In this document: piece after piece, positions 37,998 through 51,476 of the stretch
Layout of the letters: every line of letters begins with the position of its first letter
Position numbering within the stretch: position 1 is the stretch's first letter
Assembly (NCBI GenBank): GCA_964016885.1
Contig: OZ024740.1
Span: 33,480,001-33,544,000 of the forward strand
Origin: Eledone cirrhosa
Lineage: Eukaryota
Length of the DNA: 64,000 nucleotides
Direction of reading: 5' to 3'
The notes under the pieces: generated by a model
What the model was told of the DNA's origin: nothing
Seen by the model: the letters and a program-made list of their open reading frames with translations, nothing else
Databases searched by the model: none
Program-made: the position numbers and the translations under genes

Positions 37998-40900
37998 TAT
38001 CATCATCATCATCAACGTTTAACGTCCGTGTTCCACGCTTGCATGGGTTTGGATGGGGGTTTTCCCACTTGAGGCAAGAGTGATTGTCTTGCTCGCATAG
38101 GACTGTCTGGCGGGTTTTCTACAGCTGGATGCCCTTCCTAACACCAACCACATTTACAGTGTGGGTCTGGGAGATTTTTACCGTGTTGCCTACACGGCCA
38201 CATTACAGCGTGGACTGTGTGTTTTTTGTCGTGACACCCACACGATCTCATTTGTTTCGGCCTGGATGTTGTGACACCAACATAACTTTACATTGGAAGG
38301 GGCGGTGTGGATGGGGGGGGGGGGGGGGTTGTTAGAGATGCCTACTGGCTGTAGTAGGTTTTACTTTGTATTTAGGTAAGGCGGGTCTTCTATATTACTG
38401 TGTAGCGCCAAAGGTCTCGGTCCAGTGACATTGTCTTGGAGAGGTGTAAGCGTGTGAGGTCGGAATTTATCATGTCGTCCCAGGTTTTTCTGGGTCTGCC
38501 TACTCCATGGCTACCGTCTATCTTTATTGCCCTGCACTTTGTTATACAGCTGTCGTCTTTCATGTGCATCACGTGACCATACCAACGTAGCCTTCTCTCG
38601 AGTAAACAACATCTGATCCCTCTTATTTCTAATTTTTTCCTTAGTTCGTTTATGCTTAGCCGTTCACGTATGTTACTATTACACATCCAGCGGAGCATGC
38701 AAGCTTCGTTTCTCTCTAGTCTGCGTATATCCTCTGCACACAATGCCCAGGTCTCACTGCCATGCAGCATTGCTGTTCGTATGCAGGCATCATATAACCT
38801 GCCTTTCATTTTTAGGGAGAACCCTTTAGCGGCTAATAGTGGTATAAGCTCTCTGAACTTTTTCCATCCAGTTCTGACTCTAGTTACTGTACTTTCAGAG
38901 CACCCTCCCCCACTGCTGATTTTGTCACCCAGGTAACGGAAGCTGTCCACTATTTCTATAGAACCCTCTGCGCAATTGAAAGAGCTAGTATTTTGTGGGC
39001 ACTTGCTGCTACTTATTGCACCAGAGCACCGGCCACATGTAAAATCTATGTTCTTAGTTAGCTTACCTGTGATCCCACTACATCTTTTATGCACCCATAC
39101 TTTGCATTTGGGACATAAAATGGAGTTTCTGTAGCGGTTGTCTCCCTTGTTTGGATTAACGTCTGGACGGGAAGTGGGGCCCTTTCTGTAACTTCCGGTC
39201 AGAGCCCTATAAAACTAACAACTTTAAGCTCTCTTTCTCTCATTGCCTTTTTGGCACCAGGCTAAGAGCCTCTCATTTGGCCTTCCTGGCGCCTGGCTGG
39301 CCTTAGCCAGGCGTCCTCTGCCAGCCGCGTTTGCCTGGCAATCAAAACGGTAACTACTAACTTTGCTTCATTCTACCATCCTCATCTTTGACATGTCAAC
39401 TATACTATCTACCATTGTTAATTAAATATTATACACACAAACAATGTATTCCTTGTTACATTCATACAACCAAGTATTCTCGCTATATTGGTAACCCTAA
39501 CGTGATACGAACACGCAGCCGTTCATCGCTATAAGTGGTCACCCCAAAAAAAGAAAAAAATAGCACATCTGGTTTCGTGTGAGTAACATTACGAATACAC
39601 AGTAAATTTATCGACAAACTATGAAAATACTCAGTAAAAGAAACAAACGCACACACACACATGTGGAATTCGCGTTCAGACAGACTTTTTTCTCTCACGC
39701 ATCAACTAACTGTCGCATTTCACGATATATATATATGTTTCTCGTTTCTTACACAACGAACTCTTTCAAAACAACAACAACAAAAAAAACAAATTTGATA
39801 TTCTTTAAAAAACATTTCAACAGGAACATTTATTTTCGATGAACCATTGCCTTTTTGTTCATCGTTTTCTTCATCGTTCAAGTTTTTTTTTCCCAAAGTT
39901 CACACCAATAATTATGCTGAGTGAAGCCTTTCTTTTTCATCATTGTCACTTTCAAAATTGCACTATCATTTTCTCGCGCGTTAGAAATATTATTTTTTTC
40001 AACCTTGTATTGGCACGTGTAGGCAGCACAAGTTCTCGATTCACAGAGATGTCTCTACTCACAGACATACCCGCACGCCAGAGATAACATTTCTCGCCAG
40101 GGATTCTTCAGCCTTAAGCTATATTCTTCTATTTGCCGGTTTATAAATTTACAATGTAAATTTACCGTTGATTTATTGGGAATGCTTATTTCTCTGGTCG
40201 CTGGCCTCTTGACCCTTCCAGGTCAACGCATTCTCAACATCGACCATCAACTTCGGCTGCTATTTCTAGCACTTTGCGCAACTCATTTTTTTCTAAAAAA
40301 AAAAAATTTTTTTTTTTAACTGTGAATTTAAACACCGAATACGCTCACTCAGCGAGACAACAGCAGCAGCAGCAATACATCAACACAGCTTCACCAACAA
40401 CCAGCAGAACGCCAGAGAATTTATTTTTGCAGCACTCTCCCTGTGAGAAAATCCATTCGGAGGTTGGAAATTTCACGATATACCACAGAACAGAAACCAC
40501 CTGCATTCATTCTCTGGAACACACTTTCTTTCCTGCTGTCATGTGATTGCACACCTGTGAACTATATTTTGTACATTTGAACTTTGAGCTCTTCTATTAC
40601 TTTTACTTTATTACATTGTATCTTTGGGTGATGGATAGATGGATGTCCAGTCGTTCTCTGGCCAAATATTTCTACCTACGCCTTTCCTACACACTGAGCA
40701 TGGCCATTTCCCGGAAGGGACCGCCGCCTTATTTTCTTTCCTACAAACTAGAACTTTAGTCTTAGCCAGGTTAATTTTAAGGCCTTTTGATTCTAGGCCG
40801 TGCTTCCATGTTTGGAATTTCTTCTCTAGCTCGGTCATTGATTCAGCTATGAGCGTTAGATCATCTGCGTATAGGAGTTCCCATGGGCAGCCGGTCTTGA

Positions 40901-43270
40901 ACTCCTCTGTTATAGCCTGAAGAGCAATAATAAATAGTAGGAGGCTAAGAACAGAGCCCTGATGGACACCAACTTTTATGCTAAACTCTTCACTATATTC
41001 GTTGTTAATTCTAACCTTGCTGACTGTTTCTTTATACATGGCTTGTATAGCTCTCACAAGCCATTCGTTAACACCTAGTTTTCTAAGAGCCCACCAGATA
41101 ATGGAACAGGGGACTCTGTCGAAGGCTTTCTCAAAGTCAACAAAAGCTAAGTATAGGGGTTTACTTTTAGCTAGGTACTTCTGTAGTTGTCGTACAATGA
41201 AAAGAGCGTCTGTGGTACTTTTGCCTGACACAAACCCGAACTGCATTTCATCTAGATCAATTCGCTCTCTGATTAGTTGCGCTATTACTTTTTCTGTGAC
41301 CTTCATGACCTGGTCGATTAATTTAATGCCTCTATAGTTACCCCTATCTAGGGTATCTCCTTTACCCTTGTAACAGTTAATGATGATGCTGCTATGCCAG
41401 TCCTTCGGAACAACCCCATTCTGTATGACTTGGTTTACTATCCGGGTGACCATGGTGTGTCCCACCATTCCAGAAGCTTTCAGCATTTCAGCAACTATTT
41501 CTGAAGGCCCAGCCGCCTTACCCGTCTTCATATCTTTGATTGCCTTACTTATTATACTACCTTCGACTAACACTGCTGGTCCCTCTATTGGATCGAAGTG
41601 GGGGAGACTGTCTTTCTCCCATTTATTCTCCTCATTTAGTAGCCTTTCGTAGTGACACTTCCAAGCTACCTTCTTATCAGTGTCAGTGATGGCAAGTACA
41701 CCATCATCATTAAGGACACACTTCTCCCTGACAATATCCCGGTTTTCCTTGACACATTGCCTAGCAATCCTGAACACCTCACGTTTTTGAACATGCTTGA
41801 ACTTTCTTTCCTCTGCTTCCCTTCTTGCGAAGTACACTTGTCTCCTAGCTTCCTCCTGGCCTCTTGATAGTCTTCTCTACTTCCCCCATACTTTCCAAGC
41901 CTGCTTTTTGGCCTTAATTGACTCCTCCACCTTACTGTTCCACCACCACGTTACTTTCCTCCCGCCTATAGGCCTGCTCCAGCCACAGACTTCGTCTGCC
42001 ACTATCAGCAGGTTTGCTTTCAGGAATTCCCACTGTTCCTCTATATTGTACGACTCTAATTGCTCTTCCTTACTGTCGAAAGCATCAAGTAATATGCTTT
42101 TAAATTTATTACTGGTTGTGGGGTCCTTTAGCTTCCATATTTTTCTCCTGAGGATAGTCCTCTTCTGTTGTCGAGTACGTCTCGTCCTGACTATGAGGTT
42201 GCTAATTATGAGTCTATGTTGGGAGGTGCATTCTTCATGGGGGAGGGATTTAGTGTTTACAGACACTCTGTCACGCCTTCTGGTAAGGATATAATCTACC
42301 TGGCTGGTATGTTCCCCTGATCTATAGGTTATCAAGTGATTGTCTCCTTTTTTGAAGTTAGTGTTACAGATAGTTAGGTTATTTGCGTCACAGGATTCTG
42401 GAGCCTTCCTCATTTCTAGTACCAAACCCATAGCCTCCATGGATTCCGTCATAGCTGTCACAATGTTGTCCAACGTGACCATTTAGGTCGCCAGCAATAA
42501 TTATATAGTCACTGTCGGTTATTTGGGAGGTAGTGAGCATCAGTGTCTCATAGAATCTGTCTTTTATAGCGCCAGGCAGTCCGGATTGGGGTGCGTACGC
42601 AGATATTACTGTCACAGTAGTTCTATTTAGAACAAGTCTTATTTTAATTATTCTGTCATTCACTCTATTTACGTCTATTATCTTATCCACCCATTTTTCT
42701 GCTAACATGATTCCTACCCCACCCAGCTCAGTCATTTCCCACCCAGAAAAGCTTATAGCATCGTTTTTTACCCTCAATGAATCTAGCAGACCCGCTCCTC
42801 CACCTGGTTTCTTGGATACAGCAAACATCAACCTCCTTACGTTCAAGCATTTCTACAACCTCGTTAGAGCGGCCTTTTAAGGTGCCTACATTCATGGTAC
42901 CAACTCTGAAGTTTTGGATTGCGTTTGGTGGGTGGGGCGCGGGGAGGGGTGAGGGGGATGGGGTTGGGGTTATGTTGGCCATCCGCGGCCGAAACAAAGA
43001 GGAGTCCTTGCCCTTTTGTCTGGCAGCATGAGGTGAATTTGTCATTATCTTTGGCATTGTCTCCGAGTGTCCAGATTCTTCAGACTCTCCAGAAATTCCT
43101 TAGTCCATCCATCATATCGAAAAGCAACCAGGAGAAGTGAAAGCATAGGCCGCTGACTTATGATTGGTCCAAATAATAATGGTGGAGAGTGGGGGCGGGA
43201 GGGGTATGGGGTAGTTAGCGAGGAGAAGGTTTTAAATAAAGCAATAAACAGTAACAAGCGATTAAAATAC
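37998..43270 (-). mobile_element. Full-length but decayed RTE LINE (family A) interrupted by an LTR-type insertion
   Basis: ORF pieces 42728-43057, 42388-42846, 41877-42482, 40611-41837, 38390-39094 are colinear with the 991-aa ORF. Confidence 0.93.
39130..40668 (+). mobile_element. LTR-retrotransposon remnant (LTR 39130-39487, PBS 39489-39506)
   Basis: TGTAGCG...CGCTATA termini, TATAAAA and ATTAAA inside, PBS TGGTAACCCTAACGTGAT close to the tRNA-Trp 3' complement TGGTGACCCCGACGTGAT; TTTC on both flanks. Confidence 0.75.
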
Positions 43271-43848
43271 ACAAGATTATTTAGGACAGCCAGACAGAAT
43301 TATAGAATAGCATTGTGAAGTAGGATTTGGATTCTGGGCGATTATACAGATATATGGATGAATGAACCGAAGGGTGGGGGGACAAGAAGAAATGGTATTT
43401 TTACATTACATTTAGTAGAAGTGGACTGACCATTAATAAGAGTTGACAAATTCTGAGATTCGTACCTCGTAGCAGGTTTATTTATATTTGGTGCGAGTAG
43501 GGAGTGATCGAGGGTGAGAGAGAGAGAGGGACCAACAGTCACGTATGTGATAGAGAGGGGGGTTGATAGAGATTTAGAGGTCCGAGAGAGGCTATTTTTA
43601 TGAATCCTGGAAAATTTCGGCCAAAAATGGTAGTTAGCGAAACAGTAACAAGCGATTAAAATACACAAGATTATTTAGAACAGCCAGACAGAATTATAGA
43701 ATAGCATTGAGAAGTAGGATTTGGATTCTGGGCGATTATACAGATATATGGATGAATGAACCAAAGGGTGGGGAGACAAGAAGAAATGGTATTTTTACAT
43801 TACATTTCGTAGAAGTGGACTGACCATTAATAAGAGTTGACAAATTCT
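43246..43848. repeat. About 208-bp direct repeat (43246-43454 and 43640-43848)
   Basis: AAACAGTAACAAGCG...GTTGACAAATTCT twice, few mismatches. Confidence 0.9.
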
Positions 43849-44112
43849 CCGTAGAAGTGGACTGACCATTAATAATATATATAATAATATATATATATAT
43901 ATATAGATAATATTTAGTCCAGAATTAGCCGTCAAAACGGCTTGAGCTCAGCCGTCAGGGTCCTACTCATTCCTATTACCCACTCTACTACCCTAAGTAT
44001 TGAGTACTTTGGTGCGTTATGGTCCATCTGGTTCCTTACCACATTTCCCTCGATATATATAATATATATATATATATATAATATATATATATAATATATA
44101 TATATATAATAT

Positions 44113-44154
<42 letters not shown>

Positions 44155-44176
44155 ATAATATATATATATATAATAT

Positions 44177-44218
<42 letters not shown>

Positions 44219-44920
44219 ATATATATATTATATATAAATATATATATTATCGACATCATCATCATCATCGTTTAACGTCCATCTTCCACGCTTGCATGGG
44301 TTTGGACGGGAGTTTTCCCACTTGAGGCAAGATTGGTTGTCCTGCTCGTATAGGACTGTCTGACGGGTTTTCTACGGCTGGATGCCCTTCCTAACACCAA
44401 CCACGTTTACAGTGTGGATATTATATATATATAAGTATGTATACGTACATACATATATGTATACAGACGTACAGTAGTATGTATATATCATCACCGTTTT
44501 ACGTCCGTTCTTCCACGCTAGCATGGGTTAGACAGGTTGTCCTGTTGTGGGCAGTGTCTGGTTGGCTGACCATGCCTTGCTCATACAGGAACTGATCTGG
44601 CTTGATTTCTACAGCTGGATGCCCTTCCTAACACCAACCTCATTTACAGTGAGTGCTGGGTGCTTTTTCGTGGCGCCTACACGTCCACTTTACAGTGTGG
44701 GCTGGGTGCTTTTTTGCCGTGGCACCTCCACGACCACCTTGCGGTGGGGGGTGTGGGGGCATATTGTCTATATGCTTCAGCTTGTACCCATGGGAGGTCG
44801 GGTACTCTGTATTACTGCGTGACGCCAGAAGTCAGCCGTCGAAACAGCTTGAGCTCAGCCGTTGGGGTCTTACTGGTTCCTATATATATATAGTATATAT
44901 ATATATACACACACACACAC

Positions 44921-44951
<31 letters not shown>

Positions 44952-45891
44952 ACCTTTTTACATCTACTTCTCCATATTGTAATGGGATGAGTGGGACTCT
45001 GGGCCGGGGTTTTATTGTTGGACGCTCTTCCAGGTGCCAACCCTTTTAGTCACCTCTTATGACAATCAAGGATATGGTGCACCTATTCTAAAAGTCAGGA
45101 TACAGATGGTTAAGCCGGGGCACACTCTTTACATATGTACATGGTGGCCATAATTAGCCATCTGATTACAAAGAGACAAGATAATCACATGTTAGTAAAT
45201 GATAGGCGATTTGGACATTTAATGTAACTATTTAAGCTTATTTGAATTGCCTATTTTTACCTTTGGAATAAAGTTTAATATCACTATTGTTTTTATTATA
45301 TTTACATTTCTTAAACAACAAGTTAATCATGGTTATCTATAATCATATATATACATACACACATATTCAAAAATGGTTGTATATAGCATCATCCATTTAT
45401 ATCTATTAGTTTGCACTGGTTCGAGTGGTCCTTTCTAGTACAGCTTTTCTATATATAATCACATTCATATATATATATATATATAGGAAGGGTACTAAGC
45501 CACAAAAACCATGCCAAAAATGGAATATATGAGGTAGATATGGTCATCTGACTAGTCAAGCTTCAGAACATGACCACCCATCTATATTTCAAATATTTTA
45601 TAATTACGAAAATTTCTCCTAAATGTTCTTTTGTTTTCAAATCAGATCAATTTTATAGACATACCAGAAAAGCTTATTATCAGTGAAATATTTTTTTAAA
45701 ATTAATTTTTATACAGAGATAAAGATAAAGAGAGAATTTTTATACATTATGTAGTTGAATAAATATTTAATATATTAATTTATTCATTATAAATATTTAA
45801 TATCATCATCATCATCATCATCATCATCTTCATTTAACATCCATGATGATGATGATATTAAATTAATATATTAATTCATTCACTACTAATG

Positions 45892-46056
45892 TCAAGATAC
45901 ATATTTAATAATTTTGGGATTTTGACTTTTGATACATTCTGGTCCATAGATAATTTTTGTTCTTTTTAGAAAGGATTTCACCATTTGTTTGACCACTTCA
46001 TCAAAAAACAATGTCGACAACTGAGAGTGCAAAGCTGATCGGAATTCAAAAGTGAC
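45892..46056 (-). CDS. COQ10: COQ10 last coding exon
   Basis: ctatag acceptor; [32 protein letters not shown]...YVS-TGA. Confidence 0.93.
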   Translation of the reverse strand, partial: VTFEFRSALHSQLSTLFFDEVVKQMVKSFLKRTKIIYGPECIKSQNPKIIKYVS

Positions 46057-46777
46057 CTATAGAAAGAAATCAATAAAATTAAAATGTAAGTTAGTTTCAT
46101 TGAAAAAATAGGAACAAAAAAAACAACATATTTGGAATCAATTTAATAACTATTATATTTAGATAGAACTGAAGATTGTAAATAAATAAGGTGGTAGTGC
46201 TAGAGTCATGATAAGATACACCCTGTAAAGTGGTAGTAACATGATAAAATACACCCAGTACACCCTGCAAGGTGGTAGTGCTGATGGCATGACAAGATAC
46301 ACACAGTCCATCCTGTAAGGTGGTAGTGCTAGAGTCATAATAAAATACACCTAATAAGGTAGTGGTGGTAGTGTCATGATAAGATACACCTAGTACACCC
46401 TGAATGTGGTACTGCTGGTGACATGATAACATACACACAGTCTATCCTGTAAGGTGGTAGTACTGGAGCCATAATAAAATACACCCAGTAAGGTGGTAGT
46501 GTCATGATAAAATGACAAATTATCATCACAACACATCTAAGCCATGCCAGCATGTGAAATAGACATTAAATGATGATATATTCTCTTTTACTTTTTTACC
46601 TGTTCCATCCATCCGGCTGAGACCATGCTGGGGCACAACCCTGTCTTAACTACTTTTAATTGATAACTGAATACTCTGTTACTCCTAATCACCAACTTTT
46701 ATTTGGGAAAAACTACTGACGTTAAGTGCTTTTGAATCGCTTGAACCAGCTTATCCTCACGAAATTACAGGTGTATA

Positions 46778-47120
46778 TCATCATCATCATCATCATTTTA
46801 CGTCCGCTTTTCCCTGCTTGCAAGGGTGGGACGGGAACTGATTCTGGCTTGATTTCTACAGCTGGATGCCCTTCCTAACACCAACCTCATTTACAGTGAG
46901 TGGTGGGTGCTTTTTTTTCCGTGGCACCTCCACGACCACTTTGCAGTGGAATGTTAGGGACCCCAGTCCCTATCATCTCATTTCTACAGCTGAGTAAACT
47001 GGAGCAATGTGAAATAAAGTGTCTTGCTCAAGGAAACAACACATCACCCGGTCTGAGAATTGAACTCACAACCTTTCGATTGCAAGGCCAATGCTCTAAC
47101 CACTAACCCATGTGCCTCCA
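46778..47120 (-). mobile_element. CORE-type tRNA SINE (family A)
   Basis: Reverse complement of 11215-11553. Confidence 0.85.
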
Positions 47121-47607
47121 TCACATATATATATATATAGCAAACCTTGATAATGGATGGTAAATCCAAAAATATTTGGGATCATTAAGATTGCTATGGT
47201 AAAATTCTATCTTTCTCACTGTTTTCTCAGTTCTTTTGTCCTATTTTCTCTAATTCTTATTACTATGGCACTTATAATCTTGTATGCATCATCGGGCTTC
47301 CAAATAATTAAACTTATTTCCTAGTTATATTTGTATTTCTTATATATATATATATCAATGTGGTCTACCCTTGGTGGTAGGGTCTGTACCATAGATAGAA
47401 CTCAGATTGTTTCCAACGAAGACAGTCTGATCGAACCTATACATGAAGTCTCATAGTATATAGTTATATAACTGCTATAGATCAGTCAATATGTCAATAT
47501 GATCAACCCTCTGAAACGAGCATAAAACAATGACATGAATAGGTAAAATAACTCGACTTTGTTGTTATTATTTTCATTGTTAAATTAATACATAATATAT
47601 ATATATA

Positions 47608-48045
47608 TACAGAAGACCCGCCTTGCCTATGTACAAAGCGAAACCTACAGTCAGTAGGCACCTCTTAACCAAATATACGCCCCAATCCACTACCCCTACC
47701 CTATCCTCCCACTTCCACCAACACCACCCTCTCTCTGTAAAGTTAGTACCACAACTTCCAGTCTAAATAAATGAGATAATGAGATCAAGATCATGTAGGT
47801 GTCACAAGAAAAAACACACAGTCCACGCTGTAATGTGGCCGTGTAGGTAACACGGTAAAAACCTCCCAGTTCCACACTGTAAATGTGGTTGGTGTTAGGA
47901 AGGGCATCCAGTCGTAGAAAACCCGCCAGATAGTCCTATATGAGCGAGACACGGTCACCCGACCAACCTTGCCTCAAGTGGGACAACTCCTGTCTAACCC
48001 ATGCTAGCGTGGAAAATGGACGTTAAATGAAGATGATGATGATGA
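47608..48045 (+). mobile_element. RTE LINE family A 3' UTR fragment
   Basis: Very similar to 10565-10990. Confidence 0.85.
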
Positions 48046-48178
48046 AAGAAAAGATTATAGAATTATAAAAATTTGACTGAACAATATTGTTTGGATACTA
48101 TTAACAGTAAAAAAATAAATAAATAAAAAATAAGACTACAATTTTATAAAAACTATTTAAAATCATAAATATTTTTAA

Positions 48179-48395
48179 CTCTTTAGCATTTACATTACTC
48201 TATATTTACTATTGTATTTTCATGGTAAACACTTTATTTTACATAATTATCTCACATAACATTGAATCTATGAGATTTTGATATTATTTATTTTGAGAAG
48301 AATACCTTAACATCAGTATGAGTGGCCAGTTACAGCTGGCTTGAACAGAAAGAGGTGAGAGAATTCTGGCCAGATACGGCCAGTTTAAATAAGGG
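48179..48395. mobile_element. piggyBac-type MITE
   Basis: TTAA flanks, same internal sequence as 9481-9689; ends 12 nt from a COQ10 exon. Confidence 0.75.
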
Positions 48396-48407
48396 TTAAA
48401 TACTTAC

Positions 48408-48509
48408 TGCAAAGTCAAGTATACAAGTATTTTCATTGTTTGGTAAACCAGGTCTGAATCGCCATGTTGTTTCTAATAAATTAAATAGCCTGCCATTTGT
48501 ACATTCAGA
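48408..48509 (-). CDS. COQ10: COQ10 exon
   Basis: tttcag acceptor; [34 protein letters not shown]; gtaagt donor. Confidence 0.93.
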
Positions 48510-49863
48510 CTGAAAGAATATATAGGAAATTGCAGATGTAAACAATTTATTAAGGATATTATAATACTTTTGTTAGCCCCTATCTTAAAAATACCTGAAA
48601 AACTTCCTATGTCATGCAACATAGTAAGAAGCCTGGTAAACCTATATAGGCATGAGCTGTAACAACAACATACATACAAGTATATACATGGTATGGAAAT
48701 GTAGTGTGTAAGGAAAATGATAGCTGTATAAAAAAGTGCAGAGAAATCTCAGTGGTTGATAGGAAGGGCATCCAGTCATAGGAAACTTACTAAAAAAGGT
48801 TAGAATGACTCTTCAGCTATGTCAAAGACATAACAACTTTTCTAATGTTGGTGACATGATAAAATGCACTCAGTAGAGCATGGAAATGTATGTAAGCAAG
48901 ATGCAGGTATCTTGCCTGTTTGGGAGGTCAGAAGCTTAACTTGAGTACTGGCTCAGTTTGTGAAAACCTGTCCAACTCTTGCTAGTAAAGAACACAAATA
49001 TGAAATGATGATGATGATGATGATAGTACACTGTATTCCTGTAGGTTTGAGTGAGGAAGGTCATCTGGCTATAAAACATTGTCTTAAAACATCCTGTCCA
49101 ACCCATGACAGCATGGAAAAGTTGATGTAAAAATAATGATGATATATATATATGTTCATGAATCAACCTAGTAGACGGTCAGCTAATCCTACATATATGA
49201 TGAGAATATATGATGAAGAGTAAGCAGATATATTTTGCTTTAAATCTAGGAAGGTCTTTGACACAGCCTGAAATACTGAAGTCTGGTGTTTAGATAAATA
49301 TAACCTGTTTACAATAAACAGATTTGTATCATTGAACCAGGAGTGGAGAGGGATCAGGCAATTTGGTATAAAAAGGGTTAATTGTGTACTCAATCAAAGA
49401 ATTTCAAAAATCTAAATAACCCAGAGTTTTTATAATATAATCTTTGATGAAATATTAAAATATATGAAACTGTTGTACAGTAAATATGCTCCGGTAAAAA
49501 TATATTTGTTTCCTTTGTGTATTGCACTTTCATATGTTGACCTTATTTTATTTAGTATTTGTGTTTGTATGGAGAACATTAATAAGACAAAATGATGAAA
49601 ACTTATATAAGTAAAAGTCTAACAAGTCAAATGAAATTTAGGAAAGAAGTGAAAGATATACATCTGTCAAAAAATATAAAGATAAATAGTAAAAATAATT
49701 TCTAGCTAAGAAAATCATTAATGAGTTTTAAATTTCTGTTAAATTTTAATTGAAATAAATGTATCATATGAAATGTGTAAAACCTTTTTATAAAGCAAGA
49801 AAATTTTTTATTTTTTTTATTAAGTAGAAAAATGACATTAAAATCATTAAATAAAAAACATAC

Positions 49864-50056
49864 CTTCACTAGATGAGGTTTAGCTAAAGTCACTACAGAT
49901 GTGTAGTGCTCAACAAGGGGAGGGAAACCAATCTGTAATTTTGCTTTAAAGTGATTTGGAAGTCTTTCAAATATAACAGCCTTTGTACACCAAGGAACAA
50001 ACTCAGGGTAGCTTTCAACATCTGATACAACTGTGAATATTTGATCCATTGAATAA
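49864..50056 (-). CDS. COQ10: COQ10 exon (START/SRPBCC fold)
   Basis: ttgcag acceptor; YSMDQIFTVVSDVESYPEFVPWC...LQIGFPPLVEHYTSVVTLAKPHLVK; gtatg donor. Confidence 0.93.
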
Positions 50057-50142
50057 CTGCAAATTAAATTAACAAACCATGAACTAACTATCAGTTTTTC
50101 TTTTAAACTTTCCACCAATTTGGGTGGGTGGGTTAATGACAA

Positions 50143-50545
50143 AAAGAATACAATCAGGAGTACAAGCAGTTGAAACGAGGTTCCTCCAAAGAGTCTTTGG
50201 AGTAACATTACTGAATAGAGTGTGTAGCTCAAAGATCAGAGAGTTGCTCCAGGTAGAGCTATTACTTCTCCAAACTGAGGGATAACAGCTTTGATACTAT
50301 GGGCATGTGGTTAGAATGTTTCAGTAAAGAATTGCTGAACAGATTTTATGAACAAAACCAACTGGCAGGAGACCCAGGGATAGACCTCAAGCAAGATGGT
50401 TAGATAACATCCATGAGCTTGGCTGGTCTCGATGGGGATCCAGCCAGATCAATTGGAGATGGTTGCATCTAACAAGACCTACTGGAAGAGTGCCTGAGGG
50501 CTCTGCTTCCATAACACTCCCAGGAATAAGTGGGTGAAGAAGAAG
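50143..50545 (+). mobile_element. 3' fragment of a third, older RTE-type LINE
   Basis: QAVETRFLQRVFGVTLLNRV...YYGHVVRM...GRRPRDRPQARWLD with stops. Confidence 0.7.
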
Positions 50546-50782
50546 GGTAGAGTATTTATTGGTGTTAATGATGGAGCTATAGTACCTCCATAGCCCAATA
50601 TCTTCAGCATATCAATAACTATTCCTGTTGGATTTGTCATTTTCTCTGCTTTCACTTCCTTAATCACTTTACTAAATATATTAAAGAAAACCTTGATAGC
50701 GAACCTTAAATATCACAGTTTATTTTCTATAGATTGAAAACTAAAGTTATGAATAGTGAGGAAATATTATTTACCAAAGTAA

Positions 50783-50958
50783 GGGGTGGTGGATTAGCAG
50801 TATCGGTAGAGGGTCGGACACCATACTTTGACGCATAGAGTTACGGCCCTTGCCATTCTGAGATTAAATCCCACCGAGGTTAACTTTGCCTTTCGTCCTT
50901 ACGGGGTCGATAAAATAAAGTACCAGTAATTGCTGGTCTTGTGCCAAAAGTAGAAACA
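50783..50958 (+). mobile_element. tRNA-derived SINE family B
   Basis: 17-bp TSD ATTATTTACCAAAGTAA. Confidence 0.85.
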
Positions 50959-51389
50959 ATTATTTACCAAAGTAATGAACAGTGATATCATTAGTTAATA
51001 TAAAAACTGATAATGAGAATAACTTATGTATGTACTAAGTATGTTTTAACAATATTAGTCTTAAAATAAGCTGGGACAATTTTCTGTAGTCATTCATCAA
51101 CAATGTATGATTTGAGGGCACCAAAAACTTTCATAAAATTGAATTAAAATGTTCAGTATTTGAAGTATCTACATCAAATAATAAAATTTTGAATTTAAAA
51201 AAATTCTCATAATTATTCAACAAAATATTTTCTAAATTCTAGATTAAAACAACTAGAAACCTATCCAGAAACAGTTCTCTTCAAACAAGATACGGTCACC
51301 TGACTTGTCTCACAAGACAACTCATTTAACCACACCAGCATAAAAAATAGACATTAAACAATGATGATGATGATGGTGATATTACTCAC

Positions 51390-51476
51390 CCAAGAAGTCT
51401 TCGTTCAGAATATTCCTTCCTCCTTTTGTTAAAGTTCGGCAATGTGAACAATTCTTTTTTCTCTTGTCTCCATTGC
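51390..51476 (-). CDS. COQ10: COQ10 exon
   Basis: QWRQEKKELFTLPNFNKRRKEYSERRLLG (K-x-YSERR-xx-G of COQ10); gtgagt donor firm, acceptor chosen by phase. Confidence 0.8.

Noticed and set aside
44805-44880. Hammerhead-like GACG...CGTC-GAAAC motif (related copy 43918-43975)
   Set aside because: No CUGANGA box and no convincing stem I; at most a degenerate or variant core
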